Both the position numbers and the translations under genes were made by a program. The notes under the pieces are model-generated. The model was not told the DNA's origin, did not search any database, and saw nothing but the letters and a program-made list of their open reading frames with translations. Below, one piece after another: positions 1 through 10,734 of a stretch of 50,402 bases of DNA; position 1 is the first letter of the stretch; each line of letters starts with the position of its first letter. Source of the DNA: Candidatus Uhrbacteria bacterium CG10_big_fil_rev_8_21_14_0_10_48_11 (GTDB lineage Bacteria > Patescibacteriota > Patescibacteriia > GWA2-46-9); the NCBI GenBank assembly GCA_002793855.1, contig PFET01000008.1:9171-59572 (forward strand), in the 5' to 3' direction.

Positions 1-64
1 CCGATAGTTCCGATATAAAAAGTAGTTTTCAGTAATTCCGATAAGGATGGTTTTTTCATGGTAT

Positions 65-967
65 TTAATTACAATGTCCGCACTCTAACCCGATTTCATT
101 TATTTCCCGTTCTGAAACCATTTGAAGCGTGGGGTGATGAATATTGTATTTTTCTTTTAATAATTTTATTATTTCCGCAAGAATTTTTGTCCGTTCATTA
201 CTGCTTATTTCATTCGTGATAAGATGCACGCTCAAAAATCTATCGTTAGATCCTGTTTGCCAGACATGCAGATCGCTTACGTTTTTTACTCCTGAAAAAC
301 CAGATAAAAATTCCTTGATTTCTTCTAAAACCAATCCCTCCGGCACGGAATCCAAAAGTATATCTACCGACTCGGACAGTATTTCGTAGACTTCTTTAAA
401 TAAAAAAATGGAAACGGAAATTGATACAATCGGGTCAACCCAGTTCCAACCTGTGTAGTAAATAATGATTGCGGCGATAACAACACCCAAAGAAAATAAG
501 GCATCTTGTATCGAGTGAAGCCACGCACTTTTCAAGTTCAAATTTTTATCAGCGCCAGCTTGCAATAAATAGGTGGCGATACCATTACCTACTAGCGACA
601 CAATGGCTACAATAAGCATGGTAAACCCAGCGACTTGTTCAGGGTGGAAAATCCTTATCGTTGATTCGATCAAAACCCAGCCGCTTACTCCCAAAAGGAC
701 TCCGCCATTTACGAAAGCAATGATCACTTCAGCTCGCTTGTAGCCGAAAGTTTTTTGACTGGTGTTCGGACGCGTCATCACTTTTTCTCCCCACCAACTT
801 AGGGTCATTGAACCAATGTCGGTAAAATTATGAAGAGCCTCAGAAATCAAAGCCATACTTCTTGCCAGTATGCCGAAGATAATTTCAGCAATGACAATGA
901 TCACATTAATACTGATTGACCAGATGAGATTTTTTGAAGTTGTAGGATAATTATGATCAGACATCAA
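65..967 (-). CDS. czcD: Cation diffusion facilitator (CzcD/ZitB-like) transporter
   Basis: ALISEALHNFTD, TFGYKRAE, NLKSAWLHSIQD and DLHVW motifs; multiple TM helices; ATG at 964 is the likely start. Confidence 0.9.
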   Translation of the reverse strand: MMSDHNYPTTSKNLIWSISINVIIVIAEIIFGILARSMALISEALHNFTDIGSMTLSWWGEKVMTRPNTSQKTFGYKRAEVIIAFVNGGVLLGVSGWVLIESTIRIFHPEQVAGFTMLIVAIVSLVGNGIATYLLQAGADKNLNLKSAWLHSIQDALFSLGVVIAAIIIYYTGWNWVDPIVSISVSIFLFKEVYEILSESVDILLDSVPEGLVLEEIKEFLSGFSGVKNVSDLHVWQTGSNDRFLSVHLITNEISSNERTKILAEIIKLLKEKYNIHHPTLQMVSEREINEIGLECGHCN

Positions 968-968
968 A

Positions 969-1223
969 TTATAAATTTTTTTGTATTATTTCCTTAATTT
1001 TTTCAATATCAGGCAATGAACCAGTCAAAGCCGGTTTTCCATTTATGGCTAAAACTGGACTGGACATCACGCCCATTTCAACGATTTTTTGAATGTCGGT
1101 GATATATTCCACTTCCGTTTTTAATTTCAATTCTTCAGCCGCTTTCTTCGTCAGCTCAAATAACTTTTTACAAGACGAACAACCTGAACCTAAAACTTGA
1201 ATTTTCATAGTTTTATTCTCCAT
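969..1223 (-). CDS. Small redox-active disulfide protein (MTH895/TM0996-like thioredoxin family)
   Basis: KIQVLGSGCSSC and GVMSSPVLAING motifs; commonly found in ArsR operons. Confidence 0.85.
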   Translation of the reverse strand: MENKTMKIQVLGSGCSSCKKLFELTKKAAEELKLKTEVEYITDIQKIVEMGVMSSPVLAINGKPALTGSLPDIEKIKEIIQKNL

Positions 1224-1530
1224 ATGAATTTAGATAGTTATTTAATAATTTTGAATATTTTTTAATAACCTTTATATTGATTGAATAAATAACTTTTAAA
1301 CCTTTTTGCTTTGATGATACCAGCCCAAAATCTTTCAATACTTTTAAATGATGGGAAGTAAGATTTTGGGCTAAACCAAGATATTGCCAAATGTCGCAAA
1401 CACATTTTTCTCCACCTCGTAAAAGGCATAGAATTTTCAGGCGATTTTCTTCACTGATTATTTTCAAAAATTCAACAGTTTGCGACAAATTGGCAACTGA
1501 TTTTTTATCTATACAACACCTTGGTTTCAT
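1213..1530 (-). CDS. ArsR/SmtB family metalloregulator
   Basis: RLKILCLL..EKCVCDI..LTSHHLKVLKDFGLV winged HTH. Confidence 0.9.
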   Translation of the reverse strand: MKPRCCIDKKSVANLSQTVEFLKIISEENRLKILCLLRGGEKCVCDIWQYLGLAQNLTSHHLKVLKDFGLVSSKQKGLKVIYSINIKVIKKYSKLLNNYLNSYGE

Positions 1531-1550
1531 AAATTTATTTATTGATTATA

Positions 1551-1600
1551 ACTATATCAATACTTATTGATATAGTAATCTTTTCAATTTTGGTTGTCAA
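1551..1600 (-). promoter_or_regulatory. ArsR operator (12-2-12 inverted repeat) overlapping a sigma70 promoter
   Basis: ACTATATCAATA-CT-TATTGATATAGT at 1551-1576; minus-strand TTGACA (1600-1595)-N17-TACTAT (1577-1572). Confidence 0.75.
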
Positions 1601-1617
1601 GTTTTTATGTAAAGAAG

Positions 1618-2487
1618 TATACGAAATGCTGGATGGCCAACAGCGCACTATCAGTATCGGGGAATATGTGAATGGCGATTTTTCACTCAATGATTATTTT
1701 TTCCATAATCTCACCAAAGAAGAACAAGACCAGATTTTGAATTACGAATTGATGATTTACTTCTGCGAGGGCACGGACAAAGAACGACTGGACTGGTTCA
1801 AAACCATTAATATCGCTGGTGAAAAATTGACGGACCAAGAACTACGTAACGCCGCTTATACCGACTCGTGGCTTTCTGACGCAAAGCTGAAATTTAGCAA
1901 AACAAGTTGCGCGGCGTATCTTTTGGCAAATGATGGCGGATCACTGCTAAAAGGTTCACCAATCAGACAAGAATACTTGGAAACTGCACTCTCGTGGACA
2001 AATAACGGCGCAGTAGCCGGTTACATGGCAAAACAGCAGCACGACAAAAACGCTAACGAGTTATGGCCATACTTCCAAGATGTTATTGCGTGGGTGCGAA
2101 AGACCTTTCCAAATTATCGAAAAGAAATGGCGAGCGTGCATTGGGGTGAGCTGTACAACAAAGTTAAGGATAAAAAGCTAAACGCTAAAAAACTGGAAAC
2201 GGAAGTTGAGGAATTGATGAAAGACGAAGATGTAACGAAAAAATCGGGAATCTATCCGTATTTTAACCCGCGATGATCGGCACTTAAATAGCCATTCATT
2301 TACCGACGACATGAAGCGAGAGGTACACGAAAGACAAAAGGGCATTTGTCCGTTCCGCAAAGAAAAGTTTGATATTTCTGAAATGGAAGCCGACCACCTT
2401 ACTCCTTGGCACGAGGGTGGTAAAACTAACGCAGAAAATTGCCAGTTGTTGTGCACAGACGATAACCGGAGAAAGTCTGGAAAATAA
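1618..2487 (+). pseudogene. DUF262 + HNH (GmrSD-like) endonuclease, 5'-truncated and frameshifted
   Basis: Begins abruptly near LDGQQR; frame breaks near 2262; shifted frame gives EADHLTPWHEGGKTNAENCQLLCTDDNRRKSGK* (HNH). Confidence 0.8.
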
Positions 2488-2633
2488 ATTGCAAGAGACG
2501 ACTTGGTCATAAAAACATGTCGTATTTTGTATCTTGGCCAGTTGCTGGCATACGCGAACAGCGAGGGATTAAAGATTTAATTTCTAAGGCGTATATCAAC
2601 AAAGAAACTATTAATTAATACTTATATATTATT

Positions 2634-3043
2634 ATGACTGAACAAAAAAAGAAAAAACAATTTTAGTCGTAGCAGATGAAAAACCTCTTCTCAATGCTAT
2701 AAAAAAGAAGCTTGAAGCAAGTGGTGTTTCTATTCTTGCCGCCAGAAACGCGGAGCAGGCGTATAATTACGTAGAAGATATTAGTGGCATTAGTGCTGTT
2801 TGGCTTGATCATTATCTTTTGGGCAAAGAAAGCGGTTTGGATTTTGCCGCTAAATGCAAAAAGACTGGGTCACCGGGTAATCATATTCCAATTTATGTCG
2901 TTTCTAATACGGTAAGCTCAGACAAGGTACAAACCTATTTGCGTTTTGGGGTGGAGAAATATTTTGTAAAAGCAGAAAACAGGCTTGATGAGATTATTGA
3001 AGAAATCCAAAAATTTCTTGTCGTCGGAAGCAAGCGCGAATAA
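2634..3043 (+). pseudogene. Response regulator receiver, frameshifted
   Basis: ATG 2634, frame lost in A-runs near 2645-2657; next frame reads TILVVADEKPLL..VWLDHYL..VVSN..YFVKAE. Confidence 0.7.
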
Positions 3044-3045
3044 CT

Positions 3046-3410
3046 ATGAGTAAAGTTTTAATAATTGAGGATGGTAGAGCGTCGCTGAAAGCGCTTGTAG
3101 AGAAATTTACTCGAGAGGGTTTTTGATTTTAGAAGCTCATGACGGAGAAGAAGGTCTGAAAATATCTCTTAAAGAGCAGCCGGATATTATTTTACTTGAC
3201 ATAGTTATGCCCAAAATGGACGGCATTACCATGTTGAAGGAATTGCGAGAAGACCGCTGGGGCAAAAATGCAAAAGTACTTCTTCTCAATACTCTAAGTC
3301 GCAATGAAAAAATAGCTGAGGCCATGAGTCTTGGCACATTCGAATACCTAATAAAAACGGACTGGAAAATTGAAGAGGTGGTGAAAAGAGTAAAAGAGAA
3401 ATTAAGTTAG
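3046..3410 (+). pseudogene. Response regulator receiver, frameshifted
   Basis: MSKVLIIEDG.. hits TGA after T-run 3120-3124; other frame gives PDIILLDIVMPKMDG..YLIK. Confidence 0.75.
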
Positions 3411-3664
3411 CAGGCTTTTGTTGTTTAAACTAAGGTTTCGGCGCGCGCCTTTTTGCTTTGCCGAGTAGAGATACCCCTATACCTTTCAAAGAAGAAGGTT
3501 TATTAGTGAATCAGATTTTTTATATCTGTTTTTTGAGTTTAGTGGTAGACTTTAACACGTTGATACTAATTGACCAAAACACGGAGTACTGAACAATTGT
3601 AGTAAACAGTGCTATCTTTACCTTATTGGTTTTTCTTTGTTAATTACTAATATCCATTATTGCT

Positions 3665-3991
3665 ATGGCAGAAAAAATATTGAGTGATCAAAATTTTCAG
3701 TCCGAAGTGTTGCAATCCTCGGTACCTGTTCTTGTTGATTTTTGGGCTCCGTGGTGCGGCCCTTGTTTGGTAATGGGACCGATTATTCAAAAATTGGCAG
3801 GGGAGTATGCTGATAAGCCAGTTACCATTGGAAAGCTTAACGTAGATGAAAACCAGACAACGGCCGGAAGCTATGGGATTATGAGTATCCCGACAATCTT
3901 GATTTTTAAGGACGGCAAGGTGCATGATCAGATTGTTGGCGTACAGTCAGAGGCTTTACTACGTCAAAAAATTAACGGGGTTATAGGATAA
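3665..3991 (+). CDS. trxA: Thioredoxin
   Basis: VDFWAPWCGPC and IMSIPT motifs. Confidence 0.95.
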   Translation: MAEKILSDQNFQSEVLQSSVPVLVDFWAPWCGPCLVMGPIIQKLAGEYADKPVTIGKLNVDENQTTAGSYGIMSIPTILIFKDGKVHDQIVGVQSEALLRQKINGVIG

Positions 3992-4017
3992 CTTAACGGA
4001 GAAGTTGCCTTGTTGCT

Positions 4018-4566
4018 ATGCGAACTATACTTTTTGCAGCGCATGCAACGAGCACTGACAATGAGGCGGGTATTTCTTCTGGTTGGTCTGACGCACCACT
4101 TTCACCTTTGGGCGAACAGCGGGCAAGGGAGTTGGGGGAGCGATACAAAGGAGTACCCTTGCGCGCCGTGTATTGCTCTGAGCTGCAGCGCTCTTATCAA
4201 ACAGGTCCTCTTGCTTTTGGTGATGTTTCTGCGGTCAGTTTACTTTGTGATCAGCGTTTGATTGAGTGTAATTATGGGGATTTCACTGGTTATCCAAGCG
4301 GGGAAGTAGAAGCACAGCGAGCGCAGCGAATTACAACCCCGTTTCCTAATGGTGAAAGCTATAACGAGTGTGTTGCTCGTATGAAAAATTTTTTGGTAGA
4401 GCTGCAAGGGCGACACGAAAAGGGAGACATTTTGATTATTGGTCATAGGGCCACACAATTTGGCCTTGAATATTTACTAAACCATCGGCCACTTGAGGTA
4501 GTAGTTAACGAACCATTTCACTGGCAACCAGAATGGCGCTATCAGCTTCCAGAGCAGTTCGCGTAA
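4018..4566 (+). CDS. Histidine phosphatase (phosphoglycerate mutase-like) family protein
   Basis: N-terminal AHA in place of RHG, SELQRS, LIECNYGD, GESY, IIGH. Confidence 0.8.
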   Translation: MRTILFAAHATSTDNEAGISSGWSDAPLSPLGEQRARELGERYKGVPLRAVYCSELQRSYQTGPLAFGDVSAVSLLCDQRLIECNYGDFTGYPSGEVEAQRAQRITTPFPNGESYNECVARMKNFLVELQGRHEKGDILIIGHRATQFGLEYLLNHRPLEVVVNEPFHWQPEWRYQLPEQFA

Positions 4567-4573
4567 TTTCGTT

Positions 4574-5167
4574 ATGGCAAGTTTTCGGCCGGTAGAATCA
4601 TATCGTAGAGGGCAAGGTTACCAAATTATTGCCGGTATTGACGAGGTTGGAAGAGGGGCACTTGCTGGTCCACTTGTCGCGGCTGCACTGGTTTTACGGC
4701 CACACGTAAAACTTGGCGGATTAAAAGATTCGAAAGCTTTACGCTCACAACAGCGAGAACATTATGCGTCGCGGATTATTGCCGGCGCAGTTGCCTACGC
4801 GTTTGGTGTAGTGAGCGCAAGAGAAATCGACCGGCTAGGCATTGCGAAGGCAAACAACGTAGCATTTATTCGCGCACTTGACGGTTTGAGAGTTCGACCA
4901 GATTACGTGCTAGCTGATTACTTTTCACTTGCCGGGTACCGTTGTCCAATAGAAGGAGTGAAGGGTGGGGATACCGACGTTCGGACCATTGCTGCGGCAT
5001 CAGTTATCGCTAAAGTGCATCGAGATGGTATGATGAGAAAGTTGCATTGTCGCTATCCTGCCTATGGTTTTGCTAAACACGTCGGTTATGGTACGGTCTT
5101 GCATCGGCGAGCTATTCGCCGTTATGGCTTAAGCCCAATTCATCGTTGCTCTTTCCGGCTTGCCTAA
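4574..5167 (+). CDS. rnhB: Ribonuclease HII
   Basis: GIDEVGRGALAGP, LKDSK, IAAASVIAKVHRD, KHVGYGT. Confidence 0.95.
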   Translation: MASFRPVESYRRGQGYQIIAGIDEVGRGALAGPLVAAALVLRPHVKLGGLKDSKALRSQQREHYASRIIAGAVAYAFGVVSAREIDRLGIAKANNVAFIRALDGLRVRPDYVLADYFSLAGYRCPIEGVKGGDTDVRTIAAASVIAKVHRDGMMRKLHCRYPAYGFAKHVGYGTVLHRRAIRRYGLSPIHRCSFRLA

Positions 5168-5217
5168 TTTGTTTTTGTTGTATTACACTAGATGACCAAC
5201 CTCTTTACCTCATTGAT

Positions 5218-5628
5218 ATGACCATACATTTGTTACAGTTTTTGTCTCCGTCCTACTTGTTCGTCAATTTTCCGAGACCGTTGAGCCCTTCGTTTCTTTA
5301 TCTTTGGCTCATTGTGAGCTTGTTTCTTGTCTTTGGGGGAGCAGCGTTGAGGATTGGCATCTCTTACAAAAAAGCATTGTTGCCCGCCTGGATAAAGTGG
5401 TGGCAACGAGTTGGTGTGGCGGCAATGAATTTTGGTATTTTTTCGCTTATCTTTCTCTTTTTCCGTCAGGAGCAAACGCCATGGTTTTCTTCGCGTTACT
5501 GGATTGTCCTCTTGCTACTCGCAGTAATTGCTTGGGGGGCGTACCTTGGTGTGCTTGCCTGGAAAGAAATTCCACTGCGAGCGGCTGCCGAAGAAGAAGA
5601 TCGACGAAAAAGAAAGTACTTGCCGTAG
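5218..5628 (+). CDS. Hypothetical membrane protein (about 3 TM)
   Basis: Hydrophobic helices, basic C-terminus (RKRKYLP); fits between rnhB and yraN. Confidence 0.7.
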   Translation: MTIHLLQFLSPSYLFVNFPRPLSPSFLYLWLIVSLFLVFGGAALRIGISYKKALLPAWIKWWQRVGVAAMNFGIFSLIFLFFRQEQTPWFSSRYWIVLLLLAVIAWGAYLGVLAWKEIPLRAAAEEEDRRKRKYLP

Positions 5629-5635
5629 CGGAAGT

Positions 5636-6013
5636 ATGGAGGGGAGAAAAGCAGTTGGGGAGCAAGGGGAGGCATTGGCGCGACATTATTTGAGGCATTG
5701 CGGATTTACCATTCTTGAAACTAATGCCCGCTTTGGACACCACGAAGTTGATATTATTGCCCGCGACAAAAAAGAAATTGTCTTTGTAGAAGTAAAAACG
5801 CGAAGCGGTGCGCAGTTTGGCACACCAGAAGCCTCTGTCACAAGTCGGAAAATTCGTAATCTTGAACAAGCACTGGCGACCTATTTGAATAGACATCCTA
5901 GCATTGCTGCTGCCCGTATTGATGTGGTCGCTATTTATTTTACCGAAGGGAGAAAGCCTCGCCTCAAGCACTTTCGGTCGGTGGGCGAAGGGCAACTTGT
6001 TTTTCTATCATAA
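5636..6013 (+). CDS. yraN: YraN/UPF0102 family nuclease
   Basis: GEQGEALARHYL, EVDIIA, FVEVKTR, RIDVVAI. Confidence 0.9.
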   Translation: MEGRKAVGEQGEALARHYLRHCGFTILETNARFGHHEVDIIARDKKEIVFVEVKTRSGAQFGTPEASVTSRKIRNLEQALATYLNRHPSIAAARIDVVAIYFTEGRKPRLKHFRSVGEGQLVFLS

Positions 6014-6090
6014 CTAGGGTAGACTAGTTATAGACCTCATTCTTCAGAATGAGTTTTTTATTTGCCCCCGCAGGGCTAACATTATTGAGT

Positions 6091-7353
6091 ATGACAACAG
6101 CTTCGCCGATTAAAGCGGCAGTTGAACAGATCGCCGAGGAGAAAGGGCTGATGGTTGCTTCTATTGTGGGTACGATTGAAGCAGCGCTTGCGGCAGCGTA
6201 CCGAAAAGATTTTGGAGAGAAGAATCAGAATATTAGGGTAAGCTTTGATTTAGATACTGCCGAGACGCATGTATTTGATGTAAAGACCGTTATAGACGAT
6301 GCGTTAGTTGAAGCTGCTGAAGCTCGAGCAGAAGAAGAAGGGGGTGGTGCGAGCCCTGAGGAGGAAGAAGAGTTTCGCTATAATCCAAAATTGCATTTGG
6401 GTTTGACTGCTGCACGAGAGCTGAAAGATAGTGCAGAGGTTGGTGAAGAGATTCGTACTGAGCTTTCGGTTCCTGGAGAGTATGGGCGCATGGCGGCCCA
6501 GACCGCAAAGCAGGTAATTATTCAAAAAATTAGAGAAGCTGAGCACGCAAACGTTTTTGAAGCGTACAAAGACAAGGTGCATCAGGTTATTACGGCAACC
6601 GTCCAGCGAAGAGATGGACGAACGATTATTATGGATCTCGGAAGAGGGACAGGCATACTGCCATTCGAAGAACAGATGCCGCGAGAACGGTATAATGTTG
6701 GAGATAGGTTGCGCGTCTACGTGTTGCAGGTTTCAGAGATGCCAAAAGGTCCAGAAATTTTACTGTCGCGTTCTCACCCTGAGGTGGTCCGGCAGGTGTT
6801 TGCCATGGAAATTCCTGAGATCGCAAATGGGCTTATTGAAATTAAAGGTCTCTCCCGGGAAGCTGGTGCTCGTTCTAAGGTGGCCGTTGCGGCAGTTGAC
6901 CCAAATGTTGATCCGATTGGGTCTTGTGTTGGTCAACGCGGTACCAGAGTGCAAACCATTATTAGCGAACTTGCTGGCGAGAAAATTGATATCATTGAAT
7001 TTAGCGATGATCCCATTCGCTACATCTCAAATGCACTTTCTCCCGCAAAGGTGTTGACTCTTGAAGTTGACGAAGACGAACACACCGCTGTGGCGACCGT
7101 TGCCGAAGATCAGCTTTCGCTGGCGATTGGTAAGGGTGGGCAGAATGTACGCTTGGCCGCAAAACTTACCGGTTGGCGTATTGATATTCGTTCTGAGGAA
7201 GGGGAGTTGCAGGAAATTGAAGAGGACGGAGAAACAACAGTGATACCAGCTGTTGATGATGACGATGAAGAAGTGGTGGGTACTACTGATTCTGTTGACA
7301 AAGAAGCAGAAGGAGTAGAAGAAAAGCCGGCGACCGAAGAAACAAACGCGTAA
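6091..7353 (+). CDS. nusA: Transcription termination factor NusA
   Basis: GRMAAQTAKQVIIQKIREAE, S1/KH domains, LAIGKGGQNVRLAAKLTGWRIDI; start could be 6049. Confidence 0.97.
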   Translation: MTTASPIKAAVEQIAEEKGLMVASIVGTIEAALAAAYRKDFGEKNQNIRVSFDLDTAETHVFDVKTVIDDALVEAAEARAEEEGGGASPEEEEEFRYNPKLHLGLTAARELKDSAEVGEEIRTELSVPGEYGRMAAQTAKQVIIQKIREAEHANVFEAYKDKVHQVITATVQRRDGRTIIMDLGRGTGILPFEEQMPRERYNVGDRLRVYVLQVSEMPKGPEILLSRSHPEVVRQVFAMEIPEIANGLIEIKGLSREAGARSKVAVAAVDPNVDPIGSCVGQRGTRVQTIISELAGEKIDIIEFSDDPIRYISNALSPAKVLTLEVDEDEHTAVATVAEDQLSLAIGKGGQNVRLAAKLTGWRIDIRSEEGELQEIEEDGETTVIPAVDDDDEEVVGTTDSVDKEAEGVEEKPATEETNA

Positions 7354-7380
7354 CGTTACTTTATTTATTATTTCGTATCT

Positions 7381-9378
7381 ATGCATATTCCCTACACAAT
7401 AGTGTTTGCCCTTTTGGCTGGTGCCGCAGCAGTGCTTTACGGTGGTATTTTGATTAGATGGTTGTTACGTTTACCGAGCGGGGACGAAACAATGCAAAGT
7501 ATTGCCTCGGCCATCGAAGAGGGTGCCCGTGCTTACTTAAAACGTCAGTATACGAGCGTTCTTGCGGTGGCAATTCCAGTAGCACTACTTATTGGGTTGT
7601 TTATTTCTTGGTTAACGGCGTTAGGATTTGTTGTAGGCGCTTGCCTCTCAGCGTTGGCCGGATATATCGGGATGCGTATCTCGGTTAAATCAAATGTCCG
7701 CACAACAGAAGCAGCCAAGGAAGGATTGGCAGCCGCTTTTCGTGTCGCCGTTCGCGGTGGTGCCGTGACTGGATTTTTAGTCGTGGGATTGGGCCTCCTT
7801 GGGGTGGCCGGTTTTTATCTAGCAACGGGGGATATTCATGCGTTACTTGGGGTAGGCTTTGGTGGCAGCTTAATTTCTATTTTTGCTCGTCTTGGTGGTG
7901 GTATCTTTACGAAAGCGGCAGACGTGGGGGCTGATCTTGTTGGTAAACTTGAAGCTGGTATTCCAGAAGATGACCCACGAAACCCGGCGGTCATTGCGGA
8001 CAACGTGGGAGACAACGTTGGTGACTGTGCAGGTATGGCAGCAGATCTTTTTGAGACCTATGCGGTGACCTCTATCGCAACTATGTTGTTGGCAACGCTT
8101 CTCTATCCAGCGTACCCCGCAGTGGTGCTGTACCCATTGGCGCTTGGCGCGGTTGCTATCATTGCTTCAATTGTTGGCTCGTGGTTCATTAGGTTAAAGG
8201 GGGACAAGATTATGTCAGCCCTTTATCATGGGCTCATCGTTGCCGGTGTACTAGCTGCCATTGGTTTTTGGCCAGTGACCGACAAACTCCTTGCGGGTAT
8301 TCCTGGTCTCTCGACCAAAGCAGTGTTTCTCTCCGCACTTATTGGTTTAGTTGTTACGGGTGCGCTTATCTATATTACTGAGTACTACACTAGTACAACA
8401 CATAGCCCCGTACAAAAACTAGCAGCCGCCTCGGTTGGTGGTCATGGTACGAACATTATTGCGGGACTAGCGCTGTCAATGCGGGCGACAGTGTTGCCGG
8501 TAATTGTCATTGTGCTTGGTATTCTCGGGGCGAATTATCTTTCTGGACTTTTTGGTATTGCGGTAGCGGCGATGGCAATGCTCTCACTTGCCGGTATTAT
8601 TGTTGCAATTGACGCCTATGGTCCTATTACCGACAACGCAGGAGGTATTGCTGAAATGGCGCATTTATCAGAAGCGGTTCGTAGCGTTACTGACCCACTG
8701 GACGCTGTAGGTAACACCACAAAAGCGGTTACGAAAGCGTACGCTATCGGCTCGGCAGGACTCGCGACTTTGGTACTTTTTGGGGACTACTTGCATGCGG
8801 TTGAGAAGACTGGCTCCCTTTTTACTTTTTCACTTAGCACGCCGGCGATCATCGCCGGACTTTTCGCCGGAGGTGTTGTTACCTTTTGGTTTGCTGCGCT
8901 TGCTATGCAGGCAGTGGGAGATGCTGCGGGCAGCGTAGTCGAAGAAGTGCGTCGTCAGTTTCGCGATATTCCGGGTATCATGGACGGTAGCGGTAAGCCG
9001 GACTACGGCAAGGCGGTTGATATCGTTACCAAGGAAGCAATTCGGAAGATGATTTTTCCTGCGCTGCTTGCGGTGCTGGCCCCGATTATTGTCGGTTTTG
9101 CTTTTGGCGTCGAAGCGCTTGGGGGACTTCTTATCGGTGCTATCATCACCGGACTCTTTGTTGCCATTTCAATGACCACCGGCGGTGGGGCATGGGACAA
9201 CGCCAAGAAGTACATTGAGTCCGGTGCGCATGGAGGCAAAGGTTCTCCCGCGCATCAGGCAGCAGTTACGGGTGATACGGTTGGTGATCCCTACAAAGAC
9301 ACTGCCGGTCCAGCCATTAACCCGATGATTAAGGTGTTAAATATTGTTGCGCTTCTCGTTGTTGCGTTGATTATCTAG
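7381..9378 (+). CDS. hppA: Membrane-bound ion-translocating pyrophosphatase
   Basis: [44 protein letters not shown]. Confidence 0.95.
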   Translation: MHIPYTIVFALLAGAAAVLYGGILIRWLLRLPSGDETMQSIASAIEEGARAYLKRQYTSVLAVAIPVALLIGLFISWLTALGFVVGACLSALAGYIGMRISVKSNVRTTEAAKEGLAAAFRVAVRGGAVTGFLVVGLGLLGVAGFYLATGDIHALLGVGFGGSLISIFARLGGGIFTKAADVGADLVGKLEAGIPEDDPRNPAVIADNVGDNVGDCAGMAADLFETYAVTSIATMLLATLLYPAYPAVVLYPLALGAVAIIASIVGSWFIRLKGDKIMSALYHGLIVAGVLAAIGFWPVTDKLLAGIPGLSTKAVFLSALIGLVVTGALIYITEYYTSTTHSPVQKLAAASVGGHGTNIIAGLALSMRATVLPVIVIVLGILGANYLSGLFGIAVAAMAMLSLAGIIVAIDAYGPITDNAGGIAEMAHLSEAVRSVTDPLDAVGNTTKAVTKAYAIGSAGLATLVLFGDYLHAVEKTGSLFTFSLSTPAIIAGLFAGGVVTFWFAALAMQAVGDAAGSVVEEVRRQFRDIPGIMDGSGKPDYGKAVDIVTKEAIRKMIFPALLAVLAPIIVGFAFGVEALGGLLIGAIITGLFVAISMTTGGGAWDNAKKYIESGAHGGKGSPAHQAAVTGDTVGDPYKDTAGPAINPMIKVLNIVALLVVALII

Positions 9379-9398
9379 TTTTACCCGGCTTGAGAGTT

Positions 9399-9434
9399 AA
9401 CAAGAAAGCGCCCATTGGGGCGCTTTCTTGTTTT
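9399..9434. terminator. Intrinsic terminator between convergent hppA and pilin genes
   Basis: AACAAGAAAGCGCCC-attg-GGGCGCTTTCTTGTT inverted repeat. Confidence 0.8.
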
Positions 9435-9448
9435 AGTTTATTTGCAGC

Positions 9449-9859
9449 CTAGCCAATAGTTCCTTCTAAAATTTTAGAAACCAGATAATCTGTTGCTGCG
9501 TAAGAGGCGGCAATAATAATGAGACCAATAAGGGCATTGCGAAGCGTTTGTTGGGCTTGCTCTACACGGTCTTGGTTGCCTCTTGCTGTCATCCACAGCG
9601 CGCCGGCGTAAATCATCAAAACGACAAAAATAATAGCAAGCAAAGTGAGGGCAACGCGAATAATTCTGGAAACGCGAATAATCAGTATCTGTTGAGTGTT
9701 TTGACTATTCAAAAGTGTGCTTTGTCCGTAGACACTGCCGATAGGTCGGAGGTTATCGTAGATTTGATTGAGGGGGTCTGTTGTGCCGAGTGCCGGTGTT
9801 GCTACAAGGAGGCAGAAAGAACTAACGAGAATGCTTGCAAGTACTTTTTTTAGTCGCAT
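9449..9859 (-). CDS. VirB2/TrbC-like (T4SS-type) pilin 7
   Basis: Signal peptide plus two TM helices; YAGALWMTARGNQDRVEQA..ALIGLIII. Confidence 0.8.
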   Translation of the reverse strand: MRLKKVLASILVSSFCLLVATPALGTTDPLNQIYDNLRPIGSVYGQSTLLNSQNTQQILIIRVSRIIRVALTLLAIIFVVLMIYAGALWMTARGNQDRVEQAQQTLRNALIGLIIIAASYAATDYLVSKILEGTIG

Positions 9860-9866
9860 ATATGAG

Positions 9867-10283
9867 CTAGTAGAACACTGGCCTAAAGACTGATTCGCCA
9901 ATACGCTGTACTACAAAAGCGGTGATGAAGTAGGCGAGAAAGACGATAACGGCGCCACTAATTGCTTGAATAATAAGATTGCGGGAACGTTCCACTTGAT
10001 CTTCATTACCCCGAGCGGTCATCCAAAGGTATCCGGCGTACACCATAAGAAGGACAAATACGATACCAATAAGGCCAAGGGCTATTTGAATGATACGTGC
10101 AATAATGATTTGGGGAGTCTGTGGTGTTTGGTTGAGAAGCGCTGCGTTTTGAAAAGTATTTAGGTTGTTTTGCGCATGATCAAAACCAGACTGACTTGGT
10201 GTTGTTGTCTGTGCCAATACTATAAGCGGAAGGACAAAGGAGACAACGAGGACAGCTACTCTTTTTAGTAATCGTGCTTTCAT
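9867..10283 (-). CDS. VirB2/TrbC-like pilin 6
   Basis: YAGYLWMTARGNEDQVERS..AISGAVIV. Confidence 0.8.
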   Translation of the reverse strand: MKARLLKRVAVLVVSFVLPLIVLAQTTTPSQSGFDHAQNNLNTFQNAALLNQTPQTPQIIIARIIQIALGLIGIVFVLLMVYAGYLWMTARGNEDQVERSRNLIIQAISGAVIVFLAYFITAFVVQRIGESVFRPVFY

Positions 10284-10732
10284 AGACCAGGACTAGCTTG
10301 GGTTACCACACCGATGAGTTGCGTGACAACGAACTGGGTAAGCGAGAAGGTAGCCAAAACAATAATGATACCAATCACTGAGTTGCGGATATAATCTTGT
10401 GCATCGGTTACCTGTTCTTTGTTGCCGCGAGCGGTCATCCAGAGATAGCCGCCGTAAATGGTAAGAATAGCAAAGACAATACCGACAAAACCAAGAGTCA
10501 GGCTTACAAGAGAACCGACAATGCCAAGGAGGGTGTCTTCTCCAATGCCATCGTTTTGCCACGAGGGAATAAGTCCGGCGTCACAGGCAACGCGATTGAG
10601 AACGGTGCTAAATTTGGGGTCGGTACCTGAATCGCAGCTAGCATTCAAGGGACCGGCCAGCACCACTGGTGGAACAAGCAGTGCCATAAGAGAGAATGTG
10701 GTGATGGCTATTTTTGCAGTACGAAGTCCCAT
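10280..10732 (-). CDS. VirB2/TrbC-like pilin 5
   Basis: YGGYLWMTARGNKEQVTDA..SVIGIIIV; Cys pair in the variable N-region. Confidence 0.8.
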   Translation of the reverse strand: MGLRTAKIAITTFSLMALLVPPVVLAGPLNASCDSGTDPKFSTVLNRVACDAGLIPSWQNDGIGEDTLLGIVGSLVSLTLGFVGIVFAILTIYGGYLWMTARGNKEQVTDAQDYIRNSVIGIIIVLATFSLTQFVVTQLIGVVTQASPGL

Positions 10733-10734
10733 AA

